DNA of 64,000 nucleotides, taken from IMG/VR virus record IMGVR_UViG_3300028800_002448, one strand, 5' to 3'. The notes under the pieces are model-generated. The model had not been told where the DNA came from and ran no database searches. It worked only from the letters and a program-made list of their open reading frames with translations. The translations under genes and the position numbers were made by a program. Of this stretch, positions 45,728 to 54,326 are shown piece by piece (position 1 is the first letter of the stretch; each line of letters starts with the position of its first letter). Source of the stretch: an uncultured virus (IMG/VR IMGVR_UViG_3300028800_002448). Its lineage: Duplodnaviria; Heunggongvirae; Uroviricota; Caudoviricetes.

Positions 45728-45752
45728 GCGGCTCGCTTGGGGGACGAGTCGC
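45728..45752 (-). promoter_or_regulatory. conserved leader hairpin with TCCCCCAAG loop
   Basis: same loop and related stem at 49461-49487 and 31302-31326, each upstream of a minus-strand gene. Confidence 0.6.
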
Positions 45753-45800
45753 CTTGGATGATCTCAGAAAGGAAGATCTCTTGCAAGTTTCGTTGGTCTT

Positions 45801-48800
45801 TCAGGAACCAGGATCTTCGCCAGCGTCAGGATCTTCGTCGCTGCCGCCGTCGTCGGCACCACCATCTGCTCCGTCGTCGCCGCCGTCGTCGCCGCCGTCG
45901 TCGCCGCCGTCGTCGCCGCCGCCGCCACCGTCGTCACCACCGCCGCCTCCACCGGGAGATCCACCGCCGCCACCGCCGCCGCCGCCGCCGGGTGAGGCCG
46001 ACGCTGCTGCCGAGGCGGCAGATCCGGCCGTCGCGAAGATGTTGTTGCTCTGCTGCTGGAAGAAGGCGAGAGGCTGCCACCACTTCGGATCGAGCGTGCT
46101 TCCGGGAGGAGGCGCGATCGAACCAGGAGCGAGCTGCGGCGCGCCCGGGATCGGAATCGGCTGGCCCGGCACAGGCATCGGGACCTGTCCGGGGTACTGG
46201 ACGGGCATCTGTCCGGGGTACGGCATCGGCATCGGGTAGTCGCCGCCGACGAGGTCGGGACGGTTCCAGAGGTCCTGCTCGGTCGTGCCGTAGATGCCGT
46301 TGGTCTCGACGATGGCGTCGTCGAGCGCTTCAGACTCGTCATCGTCGACGACGGTCTTGTCGACCCACATCCCGTCGTCGAAGAAGTGGCTGGCGGCCTC
46401 GTTGGTGCCGGGTGGATAGAGCTTCCCGGTGTCGATGTAGTTGTCGACCTCGTACTTCATGCTGTCGATGTCGGCGCCCATGAGGAGCGTGCCCTGCGGA
46501 GAGATCTTGAGCTGATCGACAGGGAGACCCTGGGCGGTCAGATCGCTCTTCGCGAGGTTCACCGACTGCACGTAGTTGGTGTCGTCCTGATTGAGCGCCA
46601 GGATCGCCGTGTGGTGACGGTTCCTCGCCGAGACGTACGCGCGCTTGACCAGCTGCTGCTTGGTTGCGAAGTCGGGCGGCGTGTGCGTCGTGTCGGGGAC
46701 CCACGTCAGGTTGGCTGCCGTGATGGCGTAATATTTGCCGTCCTGGCCTTGGATGCTCATCGTGTTCTTGCGGATGACGCCCTTGACGATCGCGCGCCCG
46801 AGGCTCTGAGGGTTCTTGGCTTGGTCGGCCGGAGACAGGCTGGCCTTGGACGTGGTCAGCGCCTGAGCGGCGATGGTGTTGGCCTGGAGGTAGACCTGGC
46901 GCGACCACATCGTGTTGGGAGCGACCGGGATGTTTGCCCGACGCAGGGCTGCGATCACGATGCCGAAGGCACCGCTACCCTTGCGTCGGGCTTGGCCTTT
47001 TTTTGCCCACGCTCCCACGAAGGCTCCTGAGCCCACGCCCGAGACGGCCGGCGTCGCGCTGGCCTTGACCCACTTGCCGCTCGGGAGCTGCGCGACGATC
47101 TTGAGGTGCTTGACGAACCTGCGGAGGACGCGCACGCCGCCAGGTCCGAGCGCCGACTTCGCGATGGCGACGGCGCGATCCGTGGTGGGAGAGTCCCATC
47201 GAGATCCCTTCGTCGTCGGGATGGCCGCGCCCTTGAGCTTCGCCACGAAGTCGGTGACCTGTTGCTTGCTGACCTTCGGGTGCGGCTTCTTCGGGTGAGG
47301 GGATTTGCCGACGAAAGTGCCGGACATCGAGTCGTCCTCGCTGTAGTCGCTGCCGTCGGCGGCAGACGGATCGTCGGCGGTGTCGGGGACGCCGCCAGCG
47401 CTCGGGTCGTAGGCTGACGGGTCGGTCCCGTCAGGACTCATCATCGCGTTCGGATCCGCGTTCGGATCTGCGTTCGGATCTCCGGAGCCATCGTCGGGCA
47501 TCCCGTCGGGAAGGGTGGCCGGCGCGTCGGCGCTCTTCTTGCCGAGCACGGAACCGATGATGTTGCTGACCCAGGAACCGGCGTCGGAGAGGATGTCTCC
47601 GAGGCCGCCGTCGCCGACGTTCGATCCTTCGATGAAGGTGCCGATGTGCCTCATCTTGCGAGGACCGTGCGGGCCGCCGAAAGCGCCTCCGACGAAGGGC
47701 GGCGCGCTCGTGTCGCCGGCCGCGAGCAGATCGTATCGAGCGAACGATCCGACGAGGCTCTTCTTGACGATGGTGTTCTGCGGCCAGTCGCCGGCCATGA
47801 GGAACTTGGCAGCCTTGGGCATGCTGGCCTTGAACTGAGTCTTGGCCCACGGCAGGTTGGCTTTGACCTGTGCGGGGGTGGCCACGCGCACCTTGCCCTT
47901 GGAAGCGACGAAGGCATCCTTGTTGGCCTTGCGCTGAGCGAGCGTCTGAGCGCCACCGCTGAGCTTCTTCTTGAGGAACTTGACGATCGGTCCGAGCGTC
48001 AGCATGTACGCGACCTTCTCGACCGCCTTCATGCCGGCGTAGGCGTCCTTGCCGAGCGCCTTGACGCCTTTGAGCGTGCCTTTGCCCACGGTCTTGGCAG
48101 CGCTGGCGACTCCCTTTGCGACCTTCTTGAACGCGTGCGTGATGCTGGAGAGGCCGAAGCCGACGACGTCGTCCTTCGACATGGGCGTCGCGCGCCAGCC
48201 GACGGGCGTCTTGCTCATCTCGAAGCCGGTGAGGCCGCCGTCGCCGCGGGCGACCAGGAACTTCATCGCGCCCGTGATTGGTGAGACGCCTTGGTAGGCG
48301 ACGCTCTTGATGGAGACGCCCGGCTGGTTCTTCGAGTGCCAGTCGAGCAGGACGTTCTTGGCCGCTTCGATGTCCGCCTTGGTGGCGGGAGGAGCGGTGC
48401 GATCTTCACCGGATACGGCTTCGGTGGTGCTGGAGAAGACCGCGTATCCGACCGGGCCCTTCTTGACCTCGTAGGACTTCTCGGAGCCGTCCTTGTTGGC
48501 GACGCTGAAGACGTAGCGGCAGTCACCCGTCGACGGATCGCAAGCAGCCGGCGACGTGCCGACGTACTTGATCGCCTTGAGGGTGCCGGGCTTCTTGCGG
48601 TTGACCGCGTCGATGAGGGCGTACTTGGCGCCCTTGATCTCGTTGCCGCCGAGGTCGTCGCCGAAGGTGACGTTGCCGAAGCGCTTCTTGAGGCGGCCGA
48701 AGCCGACGAAGTCAGCTCCGAAGCCGGACTTGTTGATCGACTCCGTGACCTCTCCGGAGATGATGGCTGCCTCGGTGATCGACTCGCGCACGCCGCCGTC

Positions 48801-49397
48801 CTTCTCATCGACGCCGAGAGGCGGAGGAATCCACTGCGACATCTCGTCCATGGGGTCGTGTTCCATGTCCTCATAGAACTTCCAGGTGTCGCCGGATGTG
48901 GTCTGTCCGTTTCCCGCTCCCTTCGCAGCCGCCGCGAGCGCGGCGTGGTACACGCGGGGGGTGTGCTTGTGCAGGCGACGGAGGACGAGGCCCATGACGG
49001 TGTCGTGGACGATCGTCTCCCCCTGGGTGAACTCCGGAGCCGAGAGGCCTTCCGGATCGGGGGTGACGGAGACGATGCCGCCGGCCTTCTTGTGACGGTG
49101 GTGGCCGTGCTTGTGCTCGATCTTGCCGTCGTTGGTGACGTGCTTGCCGGCGAACGACGGCTCGGTGAGATCGTCAGGATCTTCGCCGGAGACGGTGGCC
49201 TTCGCGACCTGAACGGCCTTGTCGGGACGACCGGCATGAACCCACGAATGGACGGCCGTGCGGATCTTCTCGACGTCGAACGGGTTGACCGTCGCTCCGA
49301 ACTTGACCGGACCGCCTGCGGTCTTGATCTCCAGCTCGGCCGATGCTCCACCGTCCTTGGTGCGTTGAGCGCGGATGGTGCTCGTCCAGGTCGGCAT
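45801..49397 (-). CDS. giant putative virion polyprotein (1198 aa)
   Basis: domains delimited by VSG/FVG/VVG/LMG motifs; acidic and Pro-rich linkers; Gly/Asp C-terminal tail. Confidence 0.8.
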   Translation of the reverse strand: MPTWTSTIRAQRTKDGGASAELEIKTAGGPVKFGATVNPFDVEKIRTAVHSWVHAGRPDKAVQVAKATVSGEDPDDLTEPSFAGKHVTNDGKIEHKHGHHRHKKAGGIVSVTPDPEGLSAPEFTQGETIVHDTVMGLVLRRLHKHTPRVYHAALAAAAKGAGNGQTTSGDTWKFYEDMEHDPMDEMSQWIPPPLGVDEKDGGVRESITEAAIISGEVTESINKSGFGADFVGFGRLKKRFGNVTFGDDLGGNEIKGAKYALIDAVNRKKPGTLKAIKYVGTSPAACDPSTGDCRYVFSVANKDGSEKSYEVKKGPVGYAVFSSTTEAVSGEDRTAPPATKADIEAAKNVLLDWHSKNQPGVSIKSVAYQGVSPITGAMKFLVARGDGGLTGFEMSKTPVGWRATPMSKDDVVGFGLSSITHAFKKVAKGVASAAKTVGKGTLKGVKALGKDAYAGMKAVEKVAYMLTLGPIVKFLKKKLSGGAQTLAQRKANKDAFVASKGKVRVATPAQVKANLPWAKTQFKASMPKAAKFLMAGDWPQNTIVKKSLVGSFARYDLLAAGDTSAPPFVGGAFGGPHGPRKMRHIGTFIEGSNVGDGGLGDILSDAGSWVSNIIGSVLGKKSADAPATLPDGMPDDGSGDPNADPNADPNAMMSPDGTDPSAYDPSAGGVPDTADDPSAADGSDYSEDDSMSGTFVGKSPHPKKPHPKVSKQQVTDFVAKLKGAAIPTTKGSRWDSPTTDRAVAIAKSALGPGGVRVLRRFVKHLKIVAQLPSGKWVKASATPAVSGVGSGAFVGAWAKKGQARRKGSGAFGIVIAALRRANIPVAPNTMWSRQVYLQANTIAAQALTTSKASLSPADQAKNPQSLGRAIVKGVIRKNTMSIQGQDGKYYAITAANLTWVPDTTHTPPDFATKQQLVKRAYVSARNRHHTAILALNQDDTNYVQSVNLAKSDLTAQGLPVDQLKISPQGTLLMGADIDSMKYEVDNYIDTGKLYPPGTNEAASHFFDDGMWVDKTVVDDDESEALDDAIVETNGIYGTTEQDLWNRPDLVGGDYPMPMPYPGQMPVQYPGQVPMPVPGQPIPIPGAPQLAPGSIAPPPGSTLDPKWWQPLAFFQQQSNNIFATAGSAASAAASASPGGGGGGGGGGSPGGGGGGDDGGGGGDDGGDDGGDDGGDDGADGGADDGGSDEDPDAGEDPGS

Positions 49398-49460
49398 GCT
49401 TGTCGTCCTCTTCTATGGTGAAACCGCGCGTCCGCGAGTTGCGGCGGCGACGGTCAGAGA

Positions 49461-49487
49461 GACGACTCGCTTGGGGGACGAGTCGCC
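49461..49487 (-). promoter_or_regulatory. conserved leader hairpin with TCCCCCAAG loop
   Basis: GACGACTCG-CTTGGGGGA-CGAGTCGCC on the + strand. Confidence 0.6.
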
Positions 49488-49531
49488 TAAAACTATCTCA
49501 GATGTGCTTAGGCCTTGCAACTTCCGTGGTC

Positions 49532-50305
49532 TTAGAAGATGCCGTTGGCCGAGGTGTAGGCGGCGCTGGTGTTCTTGAATTTCGCGCGTTGAGCGGCGTC
49601 GGAGATCCATTGTCCGAGAGCGGATGCGCCTGCGACGTGTGCGACGGCGAGGAGTCCGGAGAGCGTCGCGGGGGCACCCTCGAAGGTCTTTCCGATCTGG
49701 TCGGGGTACTTGTCCTTGATGTTGCGCGCGTAGTTGACCATCGAACGTTCGAAGATCTTGTACTGGAGCCGCGGCGTCGTGAGGAGCTTGTCCTTCGGCA
49801 CGATCCAATCTGCCGTCCAGGTTCCGTTCTCCTTCTTGGGGTCCTTCAAGATGCCGAAGTCGGTGAGACGACGAACGGAGATCTGAAAAGAACCGATGCC
49901 CTTCGGAGTGACGGAGTCGAGGCGACCCGTGCCCATCTTCTTGACGAACTTCGTCCAGGCGACGTCGTCCACGCCGTCCAGGGGTGAGGGCATGACGGTC
50001 TTCGGAGGAGCGACGTCGGGGGCCTTCTTGGCCTGGTTGAGAAGCTCTTCGCCGAGCTTGTCGTAGCCGGCCATCGAAGCGCTCGACGATGCGATCTCCA
50101 GCTCCGTCTTCGTCGGAGGGTTGTAGCCCTTCGCATGGCGGATGATGACCTTCTTGACGTCTTCAGAGAGTCCGGAGCGGGTCTTCGGCGTCATCTCGTC
50201 GATGTACTTCTTGGGCATGGCGGACGCATCGGCTGCGTCGGCCTTCGCCTTGATGGCGATGGCGAGCACGGCGATGAGTCCTCCGAGGGCTGCGATTCCG
50301 ATCAT
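49532..50305 (-). CDS. membrane-anchored lysozyme-like/muramidase-like protein
   Basis: N-terminal TM; GIGSFQIS and TLSGLLAVAHVAG motifs resemble virion-associated lysozyme-fold enzymes. Confidence 0.6.
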   Translation of the reverse strand: MIGIAALGGLIAVLAIAIKAKADAADASAMPKKYIDEMTPKTRSGLSEDVKKVIIRHAKGYNPPTKTELEIASSSASMAGYDKLGEELLNQAKKAPDVAPPKTVMPSPLDGVDDVAWTKFVKKMGTGRLDSVTPKGIGSFQISVRRLTDFGILKDPKKENGTWTADWIVPKDKLLTTPRLQYKIFERSMVNYARNIKDKYPDQIGKTFEGAPATLSGLLAVAHVAGASALGQWISDAAQRAKFKNTSAAYTSANGIF

Positions 50306-50317
50306 TGTCGTGTTGCC

Positions 50318-50782
50318 TTACGACTTCGAGCGCTTGATGCCCATCTTCTTGACGTAGACGCCGAGGTTGACCGGGTACGTCTTGGGAGGGAAGCCGACGG
50401 TGATCGTCTTGCCCTTGAGGAGCAAGATCGCCTGGTGGAGGTTGGCGCGCGACCAGGTCGTGCCGGAGGCGACGCTGATGCCCGCGGCGGTGAGCGCCTT
50501 CGTGATGTAGTCGGAGTTGGCCGCGTCGATCGTCGGGTTCCAGTTCCCGCCCGGGTGCGAGAAGAGCGAGCCTGGGATCGAAGCCAGGCCCTTGGCGTAG
50601 CTCTTCGCCGTGTGGCCGATGCTGCGACCGATCTTCTTGATCGAGCCGAAGAGAGAGCCGACGTTGTCGCCGCCGTAGCCGCCGAGGTGGTTCTTCTCAT
50701 GACCAAGCTCTTTGTGATCACCTCTGCCGCGCAGGCGGCCGTTAGCGTGAAATCGCGAGCTTCCGCCCAATTCATATGCCAT
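50318..50782 (-). CDS. basic protein with 'AGIP..GS.WS' module
   Basis: ALTAAGISVASGTTWSR shared with the giant proteins; LGG/NVG motifs. Confidence 0.7.
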   Translation of the reverse strand: MAYELGGSSRFHANGRLRGRGDHKELGHEKNHLGGYGGDNVGSLFGSIKKIGRSIGHTAKSYAKGLASIPGSLFSHPGGNWNPTIDAANSDYITKALTAAGISVASGTTWSRANLHQAILLLKGKTITVGFPPKTYPVNLGVYVKKMGIKRSKS

Positions 50783-50836
50783 TTTGAAAATCTCTTTCTT
50801 CTGTTGTGGTGGTTCGAGAGAGGGTCGGAAGAGCTG

Positions 50837-51295
50837 TCAGATGATCTTTATCTCTTCGTTTTCTTCATCCTCGTCCTCGTCGCTTTCATCTTCGTCGTCG
50901 TAGGTGCTGCCGGGGATGAGCTTCCTGACGCCGCCCTTCATGTCGTATCGACGGCCGTCATGGTCGGTGTACGTCATCCCTCGATCCTCGACGAACTTGG
51001 CCATCCAGCGCTCGGTGTTCATGAGCGGGTCGGTGTCGTCGAAGTAGGATCTGACGTTATGGTAGAGGGCCTTCGACTGGTCGTAGTCGAGCTTCGAGCC
51101 CTTCTGCATCGGGATGCCGGCGTCCTTCAGCTTGCGCAGGAGCATGTTGTCGCGCGTGCTGTCCCTGGGAAGGGGCGTGCCGGGGACGTCGACGAACGGC
51201 AGGCCGCCGCCGTTCATGCGCGCGATGTGCTCGTACCCGGGGATCGAAGATCCCCAGGACTCGACGCCGACCATGCTCTCCTTTTCGTCGACCAC
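50837..51295 (-). CDS. protein with 'AGIP' module and acidic tail
   Basis: KLKDAGIPMQKGS..DGRRYDM; start GTG 51295 or ATG 51274. Confidence 0.7.
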   Translation of the reverse strand: MVDEKESMVGVESWGSSIPGYEHIARMNGGGLPFVDVPGTPLPRDSTRDNMLLRKLKDAGIPMQKGSKLDYDQSKALYHNVRSYFDDTDPLMNTERWMAKFVEDRGMTYTDHDGRRYDMKGGVRKLIPGSTYDDEDESDEDEDEENEEIKII

Positions 51296-51308
51296 GCGCT
51301 TCCTATCT

Positions 51309-51584
51309 TCAGCCGTACTTGCGCGTGACGAAGGAGACGAGGGCCGCGGCGAGTCCGACGGTGCCTCCGAGAGCGATCTGCTTGCGCTGCGGATCGCGCT
51401 TGGACTTCGTGTGGGCGACGGCGAGCGCGGCGGCACCGCCGATGGCGAGCGCGGGCGTGCCGTACTTGTTGATGGCGGTCACGACGCGATTCGAGGGCGC
51501 GGGGGCGGGGGTCGCCATCGCGTTCGCGAGCGCGAGGGTCTTGTGGGTGGCGTCTGCGTCGTGTCCGAAAGTGAAGATCTTCAT
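51309..51584 (-). CDS. two-TM membrane protein with MKIFTFG tag
   Basis: two hydrophobic segments; SD AAGGAG. Confidence 0.75.
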   Translation of the reverse strand: MKIFTFGHDADATHKTLALANAMATPAPAPSNRVVTAINKYGTPALAIGGAAALAVAHTKSKRDPQRKQIALGGTVGLAAALVSFVTRKYG

Positions 51585-51611
51585 CTGCGGGCTCCTTGTG
51601 AGGTGAGGGTC

Positions 51612-52505
51612 TCAGAGGCCGTCGAAGAGGTTCTGGCCCATCGAGTGAGAGTTCTGGAAGTCGTGGAGGGCGCGCATGTCGCGCATGTCGACCTCGCGGC
51701 GATCGAAGCCCCAAGCGGCGATGCCGTCGCCTTGGATCGACGAGTAGATCGAGCCGTCTTCGTTCGAGGTCGCGGCGCCACCCGCATCGGGGAACATCTG
51801 TTCGGCCGCGGTCGGCATGCGTCCCTTGACGAGGCCGTCGATGAGTGCGCCGGGCGGTGGGAAGGCTGGGTTTGCGACGAGCCCCGTGCGGGCCTTAGCA
51901 CCCTTGATGTCCTTCGACACTCCGGCTGGATGGTCGCTGTCGACGACGACGACGTCCGGCTTCTTCGCGTAGCGGACGGAAGGCGTCATCGAGCCCTCCT
52001 TGTACCGCTGGGCCATGTTGAGGCGGGCGAACTCGGGCTCGTTGCCCATGCCGAGCACGAGCGACGGATCTTCGAGACGACCGTCGGGCAGGAGCGTGAG
52101 GGCGTGGTAGGCGTACGAGCCGTCGTCCTTCTTGCGCCACTTCGCGAAGGGCTTCGCCTTGACGGGCTTGTCTCCCTCGCGAAGCTCAGCCGTTCGCCAG
52201 CAGGCGAGGTCCTCGCAGTCGGCCCAAGGGCCGGGGAACGTGCCGCCGGTGGCCGCGAGCATGTGCGGGATGTCGAGCCATTCTTCGGTGCCGGGCTCGG
52301 GCTCGTAGTGCAGGCCCGAGCGGTACAGGAGCGGGTATGGCGCAGGGACCTTCTTCTGCTTCGCGAGCGACTTGAACTGCCGGATGTGGGACTGGTTGAT
52401 CCGGACGAGGGCCTCCATGAGCCACAGCAGGCTGTACTGCGAGCGCGCCTGATCGAAGTCGCCGCGGAACAAGGCGACTTTGAATATGATCGGCTGCATG
52501 CTCAT
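51612..52505 (-). CDS. transglutaminase-like cysteine protease (Cys-His-Asp triad)
   Basis: WADCEDLACWRTAEL (Cys), YAYHAL (His), LEDPS (Asp). Confidence 0.8.
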   Translation of the reverse strand: MSMQPIIFKVALFRGDFDQARSQYSLLWLMEALVRINQSHIRQFKSLAKQKKVPAPYPLLYRSGLHYEPEPGTEEWLDIPHMLAATGGTFPGPWADCEDLACWRTAELREGDKPVKAKPFAKWRKKDDGSYAYHALTLLPDGRLEDPSLVLGMGNEPEFARLNMAQRYKEGSMTPSVRYAKKPDVVVVDSDHPAGVSKDIKGAKARTGLVANPAFPPPGALIDGLVKGRMPTAAEQMFPDAGGAATSNEDGSIYSSIQGDGIAAWGFDRREVDMRDMRALHDFQNSHSMGQNLFDGL

Positions 52506-52525
52506 GGAGTTCTGGTCCCTTTCTT

Positions 52526-52936
52526 CTAGCGGGTCTTCTTGGCGGTCGACTTCGGCTTCCGGGTGCGCGTGCCCTTGCTGCCGGCGGCGACGGCCGAAGA
52601 CGGCGTGTCGTCGACGGGCGTCGGCGCTGCGTCTTCGGACGGAACCTCGATGGAGGACGAGGCCTCGTCTTCGATCGCGTTGACGGGTGATCCGTCGATG
52701 TCGGCGGCGACCGAGTCTGCTTCCCGCTCGATCTGAAGAGCGACGTCGGATTGGGCGTCGGTGAGGACGTCGTCATCGGTGACGACGGACAGGATCTGAA
52801 CCGGCTGGACGGCGACGTGCTTCTTGTGGGTCACATGTGGCGTCGAGTGATGCACGTGCTGATGTTGGCCACCGACGACGGCGTCGGTGGTGTTGTTGGA
52901 GGGCTTGCCTCCCGGGTAGAACTTCACTTCGGCCAT
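52526..52936 (-). CDS. acidic low-complexity protein with basic tail
   Basis: Asp/Glu-rich middle, KGTRTRKPK C-terminus. Confidence 0.65.
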   Translation of the reverse strand: MAEVKFYPGGKPSNNTTDAVVGGQHQHVHHSTPHVTHKKHVAVQPVQILSVVTDDDVLTDAQSDVALQIEREADSVAADIDGSPVNAIEDEASSSIEVPSEDAAPTPVDDTPSSAVAAGSKGTRTRKPKSTAKKTR

Positions 52937-52961
52937 GGTTGCCTCTTCGGAGATGTGTTCG

Positions 52962-53276
52962 TCAGCAGGAGCAGGTCGCTTGACCGGCGACGTTGATGAC
53001 GACGGTCTTGTTGGCCTGCCTGCGGACCTTGATGGACTTCAGGGTGAACTTGACGTCTCGACGGATGGTCTGCGGGCCTTCGCCGCCGTCGAACATCGCG
53101 ATCGGGACGAAGTTGACGTCGTCGTGCGAGCCGAGGATGACGTAGGTCCCGTTGAAGGTTCCGGCGAGGTAGAGCGTCTTTTGTGCGACGAGCCCGGACA
53201 CGTCCAGGGAGGGCCCGTCGCTGTTGCCGGCGGGCACCGTGAGGCTGAGGAACTGGTTCAATCCACCGCAGGACAT
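52962..53276 (-). CDS. small beta-rich putative structural protein
   Basis: ATG at 53276 after AAGGAG. Confidence 0.7.
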   Translation of the reverse strand: MSCGGLNQFLSLTVPAGNSDGPSLDVSGLVAQKTLYLAGTFNGTYVILGSHDDVNFVPIAMFDGGEGPQTIRRDVKFTLKSIKVRRQANKTVVINVAGQATCSC

Positions 53277-53311
53277 GATGTCTCCTTGGAGCGTGTTGAG
53301 AGGCCTGTCGA

Positions 53312-53644
53312 TCAGGACTGGCTGGCGACGGCCCGCTCGACCTTGACTTCGAGCTGGCAGGAAGCCTGCGAGCCGGCGGTGTCCCACACCGAGATCGTCT
53401 TGATCTCGTTGGACTCGTCGCTGACGACGATGACGACGCCCGTGCCCGTCGACGGGTTGAGCGGCGTGACGCGCGTGAACGACTGGCCGTCGACGACGCC
53501 GTTCCCCGTCGGCAAGATGACCTTGTAGATGCCGCATGCGATGCGGGTCATCGAGCATCCGTAGGCGATGGGCGTGAGGCCCGCGAGGTCGATCGAGGCG
53601 GCTGCGACGAGAGCGAGGATCTGCTGGTTGTAGTTCGTGGCCAT
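53312..53644 (-). CDS. 'QILA..AAA..TYGC' family paralog
   Basis: aligns with 56091, 56547, 56981 and 1753. Confidence 0.85.
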   Translation of the reverse strand: MATNYNQQILALVAAASIDLAGLTPIAYGCSMTRIACGIYKVILPTGNGVVDGQSFTRVTPLNPSTGTGVVIVVSDESNEIKTISVWDTAGSQASCQLEVKVERAVASQS

Positions 53645-53648
53645 GTGA

Positions 53649-54305
53649 TTACCCTTTCCTGACGACGCGGAGTCCTGGCGTCGCGATCTTGTTGATGTGG
53701 ACGTACGAGGCGACGAGAGACTTTGCTTTCGCGGGAGAGCCGATCTTCCTGCCGACGAGGTTCACGAGCTGCCTGACCTGGCTCGCACCCATCGTGGGTC
53801 GGCTCTGTGCGTCGACGGGCGTGCGTGCGAAGAGCTGGCCGATGGCCTCGTCGACGACGCCCATGACGGCGCCGAGGCTTGAGCTGCGCATGCGCTTGGC
53901 GCGCTGGTGGTTGTAGACCATGCGCGCCTTCTTGTCGGGGTCGCGCTCGCGAGAGATGAGGCTCTCGATGTGTTCGTCGGAGAGGGCTGAGGCGCCCATG
54001 GTTGCCGAGCCGCCGGGAGATGCCTTCTTGGAGACGACGTCGGAGGCGTCGGAGGGAGCAGCTGATCCGTCGTCGGTCGCGTCGTCCTTCTGCTTGCCCT
54101 TCGACTTGGCAGCAGGCTTGGGAGCCTGCCTGTTCGATGCGCTCCTGATCGCGAGGGCTGCTCCGGCGGCAGCGCCCGCAGCAGGGCCGAGGATGGCCGT
54201 GACGGCCGCGGGGGATTGGAAGATGTTCTTGACGGCTTCGAGAGGGTTCCAACCCATTTCTTCGCCCGCGAGGGCGATCTCTTCTTCTGAGCGGCCGACG
54301 AACAT
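53649..54305 (-). CDS. hypothetical protein with repeated hydrophobic-Gly motifs
   Basis: MFVG, LAG, EMG, TMG, VMG, TMG; SD AGGAGG. Confidence 0.75.
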   Translation of the reverse strand: MFVGRSEEEIALAGEEMGWNPLEAVKNIFQSPAAVTAILGPAAGAAAGAALAIRSASNRQAPKPAAKSKGKQKDDATDDGSAAPSDASDVVSKKASPGGSATMGASALSDEHIESLISRERDPDKKARMVYNHQRAKRMRSSSLGAVMGVVDEAIGQLFARTPVDAQSRPTMGASQVRQLVNLVGRKIGSPAKAKSLVASYVHINKIATPGLRVVRKG

Positions 54306-54326
54306 TTTCTTACCTCCTGGGAAAAA

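Noticed and set aside
45840..45995. GCC/GTC-rich tandem repeat as a separate element
   Set aside because: It encodes the Gly/Asp low-complexity tail of the 1198-aa protein
41759..49397. Tape-measure proteins
   Set aside because: They lack the continuous helical periodicity of tape measures, and no tail tube or chaperone genes are nearby
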